A stretch of 64,000 nucleotides of DNA from Candidatus Dormibacter sp. (GTDB lineage: Bacteria; Chloroflexota; Dormibacteria; CF-121). Where the stretch lies: assembly GCA_039922495.1 (NCBI GenBank), contig JBDTEO010000029.1:74811-138810 (forward strand), given 5' to 3'. Positions 38,812 to 48,418 of the stretch are shown here, piece after piece. Every line of letters starts with the position of its first letter. Within the stretch, counting starts at the first letter, position 1. The translations under genes were made by a program, and so were the position numbers. The notes beneath the pieces are model-generated. The model was not told the DNA's origin and did not search any database. It saw only the letters and a list, made by a program, of their open reading frames with translations.

Positions 38812-39817
38812 CCTCGCGCCTCCTCGGCGGGAGGTTGCCGAGCTCGCGCCGCGGATCTGGAAAGTGGTCGAGGGCGCCTCCGTCATCGGCGCGGTGACGC
38901 ATAAAGACGCCGACGGCGACACCCTGGGCTCCGCCCTCGCGCTGGCGCTGGCACTCGAGCCGTTGGGCAAGTCCGTCCCGGTCATTTCGTCGCCGCCCGT
39001 GCCCGCGGCCTGGTCATTCCTTCCCGGCATCGAGCGCGTGAATCGGGACCCGGTTGCGCCCGGTGCCCCGGTGTTTCTCTTTGATGCCGGCGATGCCGAA
39101 CGGGCCGGCAAGTTCGCCTCGCTGGTGGCCAGCGCCCCGGTGGTGGTCAATGTCGACCATCACGTGACCAACACGAACTTCGGGACGATCAACCTGGTCT
39201 GTACCGACGCCGCCTCAACGGGGGAGCTGGTCTACGACCTGCTCAAGGCCTGGAAGATTCCGATCCCGCCCGAGGCGGCCGGCAACCTGTACGCCACCAT
39301 CCTTTCCGACACCGGCGGCTTCCGTCATGACAACACCTCGGGGCATGCGCTCCGCGCGGCCGCCGAGCTCGTCGCCCTCGGGGCGGATCCCGTGATGCTC
39401 GCCCGAGGTCTCTTCAAGAGCCGGCCAGCCTCCTTCCTGCGGATGCAGGGCCGCATCCTGCAGAGTTTGCAGTTCGAGTTCGACGACCGGCTCGTCTGGG
39501 GCGCCATCAGCCTGGCGGATCTCCTGGCCAGTGGGGCTGCCGCCGAGCAAGCCGATAGCGCGATCGACCAGCTCAACACCCTGCGGGGGCAGGAGCTCGC
39601 CATCCTCTTCAAAGAAGCGGGCCCGCGGCTGACCAAGGTCAGCATTCGCAGTCGCGATCAGATCGATGCCGCCGCCCTGGCGGCGACCTTTGGCGGGGGA
39701 GGCCATTACCGTGCTGCCGGCGCCGAGCTGACGCTGCCGCTCGAGGAGGCGGAAACGAAGGTCCTGGCAGAAGCCCGGCGCCGCATGGCCGAGCTGGCAT
39801 GGACTCCGGCATTCTGA
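38801..39817 (+). CDS. DHH/DHHA1-family phosphoesterase (NrnA-like nanoRNase/pAp phosphatase)
   Basis: HKDADGDTLGSALAL, VDHH, DTGGFRH, GGGH motifs. The start is uncertain: CTG 38801 keeps the conserved pre-DHH helix, and GTG 38864 is the first canonical codon after rbfA. Confidence 0.8.
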   Translation: MAPDLAPPRREVAELAPRIWKVVEGASVIGAVTHKDADGDTLGSALALALALEPLGKSVPVISSPPVPAAWSFLPGIERVNRDPVAPGAPVFLFDAGDAERAGKFASLVASAPVVVNVDHHVTNTNFGTINLVCTDAASTGELVYDLLKAWKIPIPPEAAGNLYATILSDTGGFRHDNTSGHALRAAAELVALGADPVMLARGLFKSRPASFLRMQGRILQSLQFEFDDRLVWGAISLADLLASGAAAEQADSAIDQLNTLRGQELAILFKEAGPRLTKVSIRSRDQIDAAALAATFGGGGHYRAAGAELTLPLEEAETKVLAEARRRMAELAWTPAF

Positions 39818-40674
39818 ACGTCGCCAAGCCTGTTGGGTTCTCCTCGTTCGCCGTCGTCCGGAGCATCGGGCGGCTGCCTGGGGTGGCCAAGGTGGGGCAT
39901 GGCGGCACCCTGGATCCCGCCGCGGAGGGCGTGCTGCCAATCCTGGTCAACGCCGCCACCCGGCTGGCTGATTTCGTGCACGACTGGCCGAAGACCTACG
40001 TGGCCACCGCGGCCTTCGGGTTCACCTCCGACACCTACGACCGGGAGGGGGTGGTCAGTCGCCATACGGACACCGTGGCCATCACCGCGGACGAAATCGT
40101 GGCCGCGCTTGCTCGCTTCATCGGACGGATCGGGCAGGTGCCCCCCATGCACTCGGCGCTCAAGCTTCAGGGGGAGGCGCTCTACCGGAAAGCCCGGCGT
40201 GGCGAGACGGTCGTTCGAGAGCCGCGTCCGGTCGACGTGTACGCCATCACGCTGCTCGACTATGACGCCGCGCGGGCGACGGCCCGGCTGGAAATCGTTA
40301 GCGGACAGGGGATGTATGTCCGGAGCCTGGTGCACGACCTCGGGCAGCGGCTCGGCTGCGGCGCCTACCTTTTGGCCCTGACCCGGAGCGCGTACGGGCC
40401 ACTCCGCCTGGAAGACGCGCTCTCGCCGGCGGTGCTCGAGGCCGCCGGCGTGGACTGGCCTCGACACCTGCTGCCCATGGAGCTCCCGCTTCGGGATTGG
40501 CCTCGCCTGAGCCTCGATCCGGCCGACGCGGCCTCGGTCGTTCAGGGCCGCGGGATCTCGGTGCCAAGGGCCGCGGAGGGCCGCTACCGGCTGGTCGACG
40601 CCGCCGACACGCTGCTCGGCTGGGGCGTCGTCGCGGCGGGACGCCTACAGCCTAAGGCGATCTTCCCGCGATGA
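39799..40674 (+). CDS. truB: tRNA pseudouridine(55) synthase
   Basis: GILNVAKPVGFSS, catalytic GHGGTLDP. Confidence 0.92.
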   Translation: MDSGILNVAKPVGFSSFAVVRSIGRLPGVAKVGHGGTLDPAAEGVLPILVNAATRLADFVHDWPKTYVATAAFGFTSDTYDREGVVSRHTDTVAITADEIVAALARFIGRIGQVPPMHSALKLQGEALYRKARRGETVVREPRPVDVYAITLLDYDAARATARLEIVSGQGMYVRSLVHDLGQRLGCGAYLLALTRSAYGPLRLEDALSPAVLEAAGVDWPRHLLPMELPLRDWPRLSLDPADAASVVQGRGISVPRAAEGRYRLVDAADTLLGWGVVAAGRLQPKAIFPR

Positions 40675-41591
40675 CCCGGGTGAGCTTCGGATTCCCAGGT
40701 CCGGGGCAGATCGGCGGGGCGCACGCGACCATCGGCGCCTACGACGGGCTGCATAAAGGCCACCTCAGCCTGCTCAAGCCCCTGATCGACGGTGCCCGCG
40801 AGGCGGGCCGGGCCAGCGTGATGGTGACCTTCGAACCGCATCCCCGCTGCGTGCTCGATCCCGATCACTGCCCCGCCAACCTGACGACGCTCGATGAGAA
40901 GACCTGGCTGTGCGAGCAGCTCGGCCTGACGCACGTGGTGGTGATTCCATTCACACCGCAGGTAGCCGCGCTCACCCCGGCGGCGTTCATGGAGCGACTG
41001 ATGCGCGGCATGACACTGGAACGGTTGCTGGTGGGCTACGACTTCGCCTTCGGGCGCGGCCGCCGCGGCGACCACGCATTCCTGCGACGGCTCGGCTTAA
41101 AACACGGCTTCACACTCGAGGTGAGACCGGCGCTGGTGCGCGGCCGGGAGCCGCTCAGCAGCTCGCGCATCCGGCGGCTGATCCTGCTCGGGCAGGTGCG
41201 GGCAGCCAGCCAGCTGCTCGGACGCGACTACTTTCTCCGGTCGACGGTCGAACACGGCGAGGCGCGCGGGCGCCTGCTCGGCTATCCAACCGCCAACTTG
41301 AAGATCACGCCCAACAAGCTGCTGCCCGCCAACGGGATCTATGCCGTCCGGGTGCTGCTCGAATCGACGCGGTATAACGGGGCCCTCAGTCTCGGCTTCC
41401 GCCCGACGTTCGGCGGCAACACCCTGACCGTCGAGGTCTTTCTCTTCGACTTCGAGGGCGACCTCTATGACCGGCTGCTGACCGTCTTCTTCGTCCAGCG
41501 GCTGCGGGGCGAAAAGCGATTTGCCACGATTCCGGCGCTGCAACACCAGATTGGCCGTGATGTGGAGAACGCCAAACGAATCCTGACCTAG
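40671..41591 (+). CDS. ribF: Bifunctional riboflavin kinase / FAD synthetase
   Basis: ATGA overlap. IGAYDGLHKGH, GYPTANL, C-terminal kinase domain. Confidence 0.92.
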   Translation: MTRVSFGFPGPGQIGGAHATIGAYDGLHKGHLSLLKPLIDGAREAGRASVMVTFEPHPRCVLDPDHCPANLTTLDEKTWLCEQLGLTHVVVIPFTPQVAALTPAAFMERLMRGMTLERLLVGYDFAFGRGRRGDHAFLRRLGLKHGFTLEVRPALVRGREPLSSSRIRRLILLGQVRAASQLLGRDYFLRSTVEHGEARGRLLGYPTANLKITPNKLLPANGIYAVRVLLESTRYNGALSLGFRPTFGGNTLTVEVFLFDFEGDLYDRLLTVFFVQRLRGEKRFATIPALQHQIGRDVENAKRILT

Positions 41592-41596
41592 CGCCC

Positions 41597-42487
41597 CTGG
41601 TCATCGTCAACCCGGTGGCCGGCGGCGGGCGGGCCCTCCGCTTCTGGCGGCAGTGTGCGTCCGCCTGCATCGCGGCCGGTCTCGATCCCGAGGTTTTCAT
41701 CACCCAGCGACGCGGGGATGCCGCCGACCGGGCCGCGGCGGCCGGCGACCGGCTGGTGGTCGCCGTTGGCGGGGATGGGACCGCGCACGAGGTCGTGAAC
41801 GGGTTGCTTCGCCGTCCACGCCCAGGACCGCCGCCACGCTTCGCGGCCCTGGTGACCGGCACGGGCGCCGACCTGGTGCGCAGCGTGCCCAGCCCCAGGC
41901 GGCCCGAACAGGTCGCAGCCTGGTTGCGATCGGATCGCTGGAAGCGCCTCGATGCCGGCCGGGTCGGGACCTCGACCGGACGCCGCTACTTCATCAATGC
42001 CGCGGACGCCGGGATCGGCGCCGAGGTGGTCCGGCGGGCAGCGAACGGACCGGCGGTTTTGGGCGGCACCGTGAATTTCCTCGGGGCGGCGGTGGCGAGC
42101 CTCCTCGTCCATCGCAACGCCGCCGTCCGGCTGCGGCTGGATGACGGGCCGGTGCAGGAGCTGCGCATCCGGACGATCGCGATCGGCAACGGCGCCTACC
42201 TCGGTGGTGGGATGCGCATGGCGCCGCGGGCCAGGCCGGATGACGGTCTCCTCGAGGTGGTCACCATCGGTGATATTGGACGCCTGGCGGGGATCCGGAG
42301 TCTTCCGCTGCTTTACCGGGGAACCCACGACCGGCTGGTGCAGGTTCGCTTCGCCAGCGCCCGCCGGGTCGAGATCGAGAGCGACGTCCCGATCGGGGTC
42401 GAAGCTGACGGCGAGCTGGTCGGCACGACCCCGGCGGTCTTCGAGATCATGCCCGGCGCGCTGCAGGTATTGGATTGGAGGTCGTAG
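41597..42487 (+). CDS. Diacylglycerol/lipid kinase family protein (DagK/YegS-like)
   Basis: [26 protein letters not shown]. The conserved first strand lies upstream of the first canonical start (GTG 41615). In-frame TGA at 41558. CTG 41597 is the likely start. Confidence 0.8.
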   Translation: MVIVNPVAGGGRALRFWRQCASACIAAGLDPEVFITQRRGDAADRAAAAGDRLVVAVGGDGTAHEVVNGLLRRPRPGPPPRFAALVTGTGADLVRSVPSPRRPEQVAAWLRSDRWKRLDAGRVGTSTGRRYFINAADAGIGAEVVRRAANGPAVLGGTVNFLGAAVASLLVHRNAAVRLRLDDGPVQELRIRTIAIGNGAYLGGGMRMAPRARPDDGLLEVVTIGDIGRLAGIRSLPLLYRGTHDRLVQVRFASARRVEIESDVPIGVEADGELVGTTPAVFEIMPGALQVLDWRS

Positions 42488-42489
42488 GG

Positions 42490-42495
42490 TATACT
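42490..42495 (+). promoter_or_regulatory. TATACT -10-like box upstream of rpsO
   Basis: gggTATACTtcc lies 3 nt after the DagK-like stop and 72 nt before the rpsO start. Confidence 0.35.
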
Positions 42496-42566
42496 TCCGA
42501 AGAACTCAGCGCGCGTGTTCGAATAGCCAACGGCATGCGGGTGAGTCATCACAAGGAGGTTTCAGG

Positions 42567-42830
42567 CTGGCACCAACTACGAAAGCGAGCGTGATCGACG
42601 GAAATCGCTTGCATGAGTCGGACACCGGATCGCCGGAAGTCCAGATCGCGATCTTTAGCGAACGGATCAACCACCTCACCGAGCATCTCAAGGCAAACAG
42701 CCACGACCATAGCTCGCGACGTGGCCTGCTCCAGCTGGTCGGCAAGCGCCGCCGGCTCCTGAACTACCTCCAGAACAACGACATCGAACGGTACCGAGGC
42801 ATCATCGCCAAGCTCGGCCTGCGGAGGTGA
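42567..42830 (+). CDS. rpsO: 30S ribosomal protein S15 (CTG start)
   Basis: [30 protein letters not shown]...[16 protein letters not shown]...KLGLRR. SD AAGGAGGT at 42553-42560, 6 nt before CTG 42567. 88 codons, against about 89 for the family. The N-terminus aligns with the family's M-A-x-T. Confidence 0.9.
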   Translation: MAPTTKASVIDGNRLHESDTGSPEVQIAIFSERINHLTEHLKANSHDHSSRRGLLQLVGKRRRLLNYLQNNDIERYRGIIAKLGLRR

Positions 42831-43007
42831 TCGGCTAGACGAACAGTCCGCCTGGGCGCTGCCCACTCGCACGGGGTTAGAGATTGGTGCACGGAGAAAG
42901 GGTTCCTTTTCTTCGAACCCCAACCCCTAACCCGCCCACGAAGTGAACCGTCTGGGCTCTAATGCCAGATCGATAAGTTGCCGCATTCAGCGGCACCAGG
43001 AGGAAAC

Positions 43008-45239
43008 GTGAATCAGACACAACTAGAACTCGGCGGGCGCACCCTGACGATTGAAACGGGCCGCGTGGCCCAGCAGGCGTCCGGCGCCGTGACCGTTCGA
43101 ATGGGGGAGACGATGCTGCTCGTGACCGCGGTCATGTCGCCCTCGCCGCGAGAAGGCATCGACTTCTTTCCGCTGACCTGCGACTACGAGGAGAAGATGT
43201 ATGCCGCCGGGAAGATCCCGGGAGGCTTCATCCGCCGCGAGGGCCGTCCCAGTGAGCAGGCGATCCTCAACAGCCGGCTGATCGACCGTCCGATCCGTCC
43301 GCTCTTTCCCAAGGACTTCCGCAACGACGTTCAGATCGTCGCCAGCGTCTGGTCTGTCGACCAGGAGGCGGATCCGGCGACGATGGCCATTATCGGCGCC
43401 TCGACGGCGCTCATGATCTCCGAGATCCCCTTCCAGGGCCCGATCGGCGCGGTCCGGATCGGGTACCTCGACGACCAGTTGGTCGTCAATCCGCCGGTCG
43501 GGCGGATGGAGGAAAGCCGGCTGGACCTGGTGGTCGCCGGTACCCGCGACGCCATCATCATGGTCGAGGCGGGCGCCAAGGTGGTTCCCGAGGAGACGAT
43601 CGTCGAGGGCATGCGGCTAGCGCAAAAAGAGATCGCCCGTATCTGCGACATGCAGGAGGCCTTTGCCCGCGAGGTGGGCAAGCCCAAGGTCCAGGTGGCG
43701 CCGACGCCGACGGATCCCGAAATCGACCAGGCGGTCGACGCCTTCCTGGCCGAGCGGTTGGACCAGGCGCTCTTCAATCCCAACAAGGCGATCCGTGAGT
43801 CAGCCCTCGACGATCTCAAGAAGGAGACCATCGCCGAGCTAGGCCCGAAATTCCTGGACCGGCTGCCGGCCCTCTCGAAGAGTTTCGAGGCGAAGGTCAA
43901 GCGGCGCGTCCGGGCCAAAATTCTCAACGACGGGGTCCGGCCCGACGGCCGCAAGACTACGGAGATCCGGCAGATCACCTGCGAAGTGGGACTGCTGCCC
44001 CGCACGCACGGGTCGGCCCTCTTCACCCGGGGCCAGACGCAGGCCCTGAGCATCGTGACGCTCGGCTCCATCGGCGACAAGCAGAAACTCGACGGGCTCG
44101 GCCTGGAAGAGTCCAAGCGATTCATGCATCACTACAACTTCCCGCCCTTCAGCGTGGGCGAGGCGCGGCCGCTTCGGTCGCCCGGACGCCGCGAGATCGG
44201 CCACGGCGCCCTGGCGGAGCGCGCCCTCCTGCCGGTTGTGCCGACCGAAGAGGAGTTTCCGTACACCATCCGGATCGTGACTGAGATCCTGTCCTCGAAC
44301 GGATCGACCTCGATGGCGAGCGTCTGCGGCTCGAGCCTGGCGATGATGGATGCCGGCGTGCCCACCAAGGGCCAGGTAGCTGGGATCGCGATGGGCCTGA
44401 TCACCGGCGAAGGTGGCAAGGTGGCCGTCCTGAGCGACATCCAGGGCGTCGAAGACAACCTGGGCGACATGGACTTCAAGGTGGCCGGCACCGCGGCCGG
44501 CGTCACCGCGATGCAGATGGACATGAAGATCAAGGGCATCGGCGTCGATGTCCTGGCGAACGCGATCCAGCAGGCGAAAGAGGGACGGATGTTCATCATG
44601 GGCAAGATGAACGAGGCCCTCGATAAGGCACGGACGGCGATGTCACGGTACGCGCCACGCATGATCACAGTGCAGATCCATCCCGACAAGATCCGCGAAG
44701 TGATCGGCCCCGGAGGCAAGATGATCCGCAAGATCATCGAGGACTCGGGCGTGACCAGCATTGACATCGAGGACGATGGCCGGGTCATCATCGGCTCGGT
44801 CAACGAAGAATCGGCGTCCAAGGCAGAGCAGATCATCCGCGACCTGACCGGCGAGGTCGAGGTGGGCAAGAACTACAAGGGCAAGGTCGTCCGGATCATG
44901 CCATTCGGGGCCTTCGTCCAGATCATGCCCAACCAGGATGGCCTGGTGCACATCAGCCAGCTGGCCGAGAACCGTGTCGACAAGGTCGAAGATGCCGTCA
45001 ACGTCGGCGATGACATCGAGGTCAAGGTGACCGAGGTCGATCGCCAGGGACGGGTCAACCTCTCCCGCAAGGCGGTCCTCCAAGAAGCCAAGGGCATCAC
45101 CAATGGCGACTGGGTCGTCACCGAACGGGATCGGGGCGGCCCGCCGCGCGGTGGTAGCGGCGGCGGCTTCAACCGGGGCGGCGGTGACCGTGGCCCGCGC
45201 CGCGAGTTCGACCGCGGTCCCCGGGGCGGCAACCAGTAG
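43008..45239 (+). CDS. pnp: Polyribonucleotide nucleotidyltransferase (PNPase) with an RGG-rich C-terminal tail
   Basis: GTG 43008 follows AGGAGGAAAC. Two RNase PH domains, KH ([10 protein letters not shown]), S1 ([13 protein letters not shown]), then [38 protein letters not shown]. Confidence 0.93.
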   Translation: MNQTQLELGGRTLTIETGRVAQQASGAVTVRMGETMLLVTAVMSPSPREGIDFFPLTCDYEEKMYAAGKIPGGFIRREGRPSEQAILNSRLIDRPIRPLFPKDFRNDVQIVASVWSVDQEADPATMAIIGASTALMISEIPFQGPIGAVRIGYLDDQLVVNPPVGRMEESRLDLVVAGTRDAIIMVEAGAKVVPEETIVEGMRLAQKEIARICDMQEAFAREVGKPKVQVAPTPTDPEIDQAVDAFLAERLDQALFNPNKAIRESALDDLKKETIAELGPKFLDRLPALSKSFEAKVKRRVRAKILNDGVRPDGRKTTEIRQITCEVGLLPRTHGSALFTRGQTQALSIVTLGSIGDKQKLDGLGLEESKRFMHHYNFPPFSVGEARPLRSPGRREIGHGALAERALLPVVPTEEEFPYTIRIVTEILSSNGSTSMASVCGSSLAMMDAGVPTKGQVAGIAMGLITGEGGKVAVLSDIQGVEDNLGDMDFKVAGTAAGVTAMQMDMKIKGIGVDVLANAIQQAKEGRMFIMGKMNEALDKARTAMSRYAPRMITVQIHPDKIREVIGPGGKMIRKIIEDSGVTSIDIEDDGRVIIGSVNEESASKAEQIIRDLTGEVEVGKNYKGKVVRIMPFGAFVQIMPNQDGLVHISQLAENRVDKVEDAVNVGDDIEVKVTEVDRQGRVNLSRKAVLQEAKGITNGDWVVTERDRGGPPRGGSGGGFNRGGGDRGPRREFDRGPRGGNQ

Positions 45240-45296
45240 TTCAGACGCAACATCAGTGTGCCGCGGCGCCGTGCCGCGGCATATACTGGGCCGGGT

Positions 45297-45929
45297 TTGG
45301 ACTTCGCTGATCTAACCGTCCTCGCGCGGGATGTCCACGACTGCCGTCGTTGTCCCCTCGGCTTCAGCCGAACGCACGCCGTCCCCGGCGTCGGTCCATC
45401 AACCGCCCGCATCATGGTGGTGGGGGAGGCCCCCGGCCAGAACGAGGACCAGCAGGGCGAACCCTTCGTCGGCGCGGCGGGCAAGCTCCTCGATCAGCTG
45501 CTCCGAGGCATCGGGCTCTCCCGCGGCGATGTCTTCATCACGAATATCCTCAAGTGCCGGCCGCCAAACAACCGCGACCCGCAACCAACCGAGGTGCAAG
45601 CCTGCTCGCCCTACCTGGAGCAGCAGCTCAAGCTGATCAAGCCCGAGGTCGTCGTCCTGCTCGGCCGTCATGCCCTCGCCCGCTTGCTGCCCGGGCAGGA
45701 TTCGATCACCCGGATGCATGGCCGCGTGATCAGCAAGGATGGCGTCAGCTACATCCCGGTCTATCACCCGGCCGCCGCGCTCTACAACAGTTTCCTCCAG
45801 GGCCCGCTGGAACAGGACTTCAAGGCGGTCAAGGCCCACCTGGATCGGATGGAGGAGCGACGCCGGGCCGTGGCTCCGGTCGCCGCCCCGGTCGCCAAGC
45901 CGGAGGAGCAGCTCACCCTCTTTGGCTAA
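45297..45929 (+). CDS. Uracil-DNA glycosylase, family 4 (Fe-S type)
   Basis: CRRCPL, GEAPGQNEDQQGEPFVGAAG, KCRPP, HPAA. TTG 45297 gives the usual 15 or so residues before the first Cys and lies 9 nt after a TATACT box. GTG 45258 is the alternative start. Confidence 0.85.
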   Translation: MDFADLTVLARDVHDCRRCPLGFSRTHAVPGVGPSTARIMVVGEAPGQNEDQQGEPFVGAAGKLLDQLLRGIGLSRGDVFITNILKCRPPNNRDPQPTEVQACSPYLEQQLKLIKPEVVVLLGRHALARLLPGQDSITRMHGRVISKDGVSYIPVYHPAAALYNSFLQGPLEQDFKAVKAHLDRMEERRRAVAPVAAPVAKPEEQLTLFG

Positions 45930-47589
45930 AAAGGCGCGGCTTCGCGCCATCCCGCTTGGCGGGCTGGGCGAGATCGGCCGCAACATGATGGCGCTCGAGT
46001 ACGACGAGCAAATCATCGTGATCGACGCCGGCCTGATGTTCCCCGAAGAGGAGATGCTCGGGGTCGACCTCGTGCTCCCGGACGTGACCTACCTCCAGGA
46101 GCGCAAGGACAAGGTTCTTGCCTATCTCTTGACCCATGGCCACGAGGATCACGTCGGGTCCCTGCCTTACGTCCTTCCCAAGGTGCCGGCTCCCATCTAC
46201 GGCAGCCGGCTGACGCTCGGGTTCATCAAGGGCAAACTCCGCGAGCACAAAGTGATCGAGCAAGCCGACCTGCGCGAGATCAAAGCCGGCGACGTGATCG
46301 AACTCGGGCCCTTCAAGGTCGAGTTCATCCATGTCGCCCACAGCATCCCGGACACCACCGCGCTCGCCATCGAGACACCCGTCGGGGTCGTGATCCATTC
46401 CGCTGATTTCAAGATGGACCAGACGCCGGTCGACGGTCACCCGACCGACATGGCCCGGCTGTCCCACTTCGGCAATCGCGGCGTCCTCCTGCTGATGTCC
46501 GACAGCACCAACGCCGAGCGGGATGGCTTCACCCCGTCGGAGCGGACGATCGGCGACGCCTTCGACGACCTCTTCGGCCAGTGTGATGGCCGGATCATCA
46601 TCTCGACCTTCGCCTCCAACATCTACCGGATCCAGCAGGCCCTGAACACGGCCGCCCGCTACAAGCGGAAGGTCGCGGTCATCGGCCGCTCGATGGTCAA
46701 CAACCTGACGATCGCCCAGGAGCTCGGCTATCTGCAGGTGCCCCAGGACATCCTGATCAAGATCCAGGACATCAACAAGCAGCCGGATGAGAACCTCGTC
46801 GTCCTCTCCAGCGGTAGCCAGGGCGAGCCACTCTCCGCCCTGACGCGGATCGCGGCCCAGGAGCATCCCCAGGTGCGGCTCAAGGCTGGCGACACGGTCA
46901 TCCTCTCCGCCACGCCGATCCCGGGCAACGAGGAACTCGTCTCGCGCACGATCAACAACTGCTACAAGCACGGCGCGCGCGTCTTCTACTCGGCGCGCAA
47001 TCGCGTCCACGCCTCCGGGCACGCCAGTCGCGAGGAACTGAAGCTGATGCTCAATCTGGTGCGGCCAAAGTTCTTCATGCCGGTCCACGGCGAGTTCCGT
47101 CACCTGGCCCTGCATTCGGAGATCGCCCAGGACGTCGGCATCGCCAAGGACCACGTGATCGTCACCGACGATGGCAACGTGGTCGAACTGGCCGGTGACG
47201 GCGCGCTGCCGCACCTCGGCAACAAGGTGCCCGCCGGCTACGTCTTCGTCGATGGCCTCAGCGTTGGCGACGTCGGCTCGGTCGTGCTTCGCGATCGCCG
47301 CGTGCTCTCGACCGACGGCATCTTTATCGTGATCGTGACCGTCGACAAGGACACCGGCCGGGTGGTATCAGGACCCGACCTCATCTCGCGCGGCTTCGTG
47401 CACCAGCAGACGTCAGACGCCGTGATGGAGTCGGCCCGTCAGCAGGTCCTCGCAACGATCAACAAGATCGGCCCCGGAGCCCCGGAGTGGCAGGTCGTGA
47501 AGAACTCCATCCGCGACTCGCTCAGCCGGTTCCTCTACGACCAGATGCGCCGCCGGCCGATGATCATGCCGATCGTCGTCGAGGTCTAA
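45922..47589 (+). CDS. rnj: Ribonuclease J
   Basis: TTG 45922 (LAKKARLRAIPLGGLGEIGRNM). HGHEDHVG metallo-beta-lactamase motif and beta-CASP region. About 555 aa. The ORF-track start at 45739 lies inside the UDG gene. Confidence 0.9.
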   Translation: MAKKARLRAIPLGGLGEIGRNMMALEYDEQIIVIDAGLMFPEEEMLGVDLVLPDVTYLQERKDKVLAYLLTHGHEDHVGSLPYVLPKVPAPIYGSRLTLGFIKGKLREHKVIEQADLREIKAGDVIELGPFKVEFIHVAHSIPDTTALAIETPVGVVIHSADFKMDQTPVDGHPTDMARLSHFGNRGVLLLMSDSTNAERDGFTPSERTIGDAFDDLFGQCDGRIIISTFASNIYRIQQALNTAARYKRKVAVIGRSMVNNLTIAQELGYLQVPQDILIKIQDINKQPDENLVVLSSGSQGEPLSALTRIAAQEHPQVRLKAGDTVILSATPIPGNEELVSRTINNCYKHGARVFYSARNRVHASGHASREELKLMLNLVRPKFFMPVHGEFRHLALHSEIAQDVGIAKDHVIVTDDGNVVELAGDGALPHLGNKVPAGYVFVDGLSVGDVGSVVLRDRRVLSTDGIFIVIVTVDKDTGRVVSGPDLISRGFVHQQTSDAVMESARQQVLATINKIGPGAPEWQVVKNSIRDSLSRFLYDQMRRRPMIMPIVVEV

Positions 47590-47615
47590 CGTCTCGCCTC
47601 GCTTTGCGACTGCGG

Positions 47616-48068
47616 CTAAGGGCTTTGACGGCGGCCCCTTCCGCGTTTACCTATGAGGTTGGGGAACTGCTCAGCATAAAGGCCATGATGCCTGGCGGTT
47701 CGATGCCGAGCGTCGTGAGACCGGTGCATCTGGCTCCGGTGATCCGTGCCGTGATCCAGCACCTGAGCGAGCCGGATGCCTACTGATGCGTCACGCTGCC
47801 GCCCGAACGCCGACCAGGCCCGGCCGTTACGCTCGATCGCGTCCCTCAACCCACCGAAATCCATCCCATCTGGTTTGATCGCGTGGGCCCGGTCACCGGT
47901 GAGCCAGAACAGGTAAAGCGAGTCGCCACCGACGAGATGTCGCGCCGTCGCGAGGATCGATCCATAGGTCCCCGGCACTGCGATCTCGAGTTGCTCTGGG
48001 CTGAGCGCGACGCAGGCGTCCAACAGTCGGTGCGTGGCCCGGACGTGGTGCACAAACCCGTCGTCCAT
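47616..48068 (-). CDS. DinB-family (DinB_2) protein, probably frameshifted near the C-terminus
   Basis: HLVGGDSLY and VLDHGTDHRSQ motifs. After HRSQ the annotated frame turns into a His/Arg-rich stretch. An alternative frame reads CTGLTTLGIEPPGIMAFML and stops at 47651. Confidence 0.6.
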   Translation of the reverse strand: MDDGFVHHVRATHRLLDACVALSPEQLEIAVPGTYGSILATARHLVGGDSLYLFWLTGDRAHAIKPDGMDFGGLRDAIERNGRAWSAFGRQRDASVGIRLAQVLDHGTDHRSQMHRSHDARHRTARHHGLYAEQFPNLIGKRGRGRRQSP

Positions 48069-48107
48069 TAAGGACCGGGGCCTCTGTGACCGAGCTCCGG
48101 ACCGTAG

Positions 48108-48401
48108 CTAGATCTTGTCACCCGTGTAACTGTCGGTATCGGAATCGACGGCACCCGGCGCCTCGTCCTGGACGTGAAGCGCGGCTTCCTCGGCGCTTGA
48201 ATCGTTCTCGTCGTTCAACACCCCCGGATGCTCGTCGCCCACGGCGTCCGTTTCCGGATCGTCGAACTTGCCCTCGCGGTTATCGCCCGTATCGACCAGC
48301 TCGTCAGGCCGCTCCTCACGTAGCCGCTCGTCAAGGGTGTCGATGTGGCGGTAATCGTCGCTTGGTTGGGTATCCGTCAGCTCGGAGTCTTCTTTAGCCA
48401 T
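48108..48401 (-). CDS. Highly acidic small protein (DUF5709-like)
   Basis: 97 aa, Asp/Glu-rich. DTLDERLREERPDE and SAEEAALHV resemble the motifs I recall for DUF5709. Assignment is from memory only. Confidence 0.5.
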   Translation of the reverse strand: MAKEDSELTDTQPSDDYRHIDTLDERLREERPDELVDTGDNREGKFDDPETDAVGDEHPGVLNDENDSSAEEAALHVQDEAPGAVDSDTDSYTGDKI

Positions 48402-48418
48402 GCTCTAGTTATACGCCC

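Noticed and set aside
42141-42566. The long ORF-track extension (229 aa) of the S15 frame back into the DagK-like gene.
   Set aside because: The upstream 142 codons are Arg/Ser/Cys-rich out-of-frame translation of the kinase gene. S15 homology begins only at 42567, behind a consensus SD.
45256-45280. A tandem GTGCCGCGGC ... GTGCCGCGGC repeat and GC-rich hairpin right after pnp.
   Set aside because: There are only two copies, and GCCGCGGC is self-complementary. No U-tract follows, so I did not call it a terminator. It is far too short to be a CRISPR or REP array, though it may act as a 3' stabilising hairpin for pnp mRNA.
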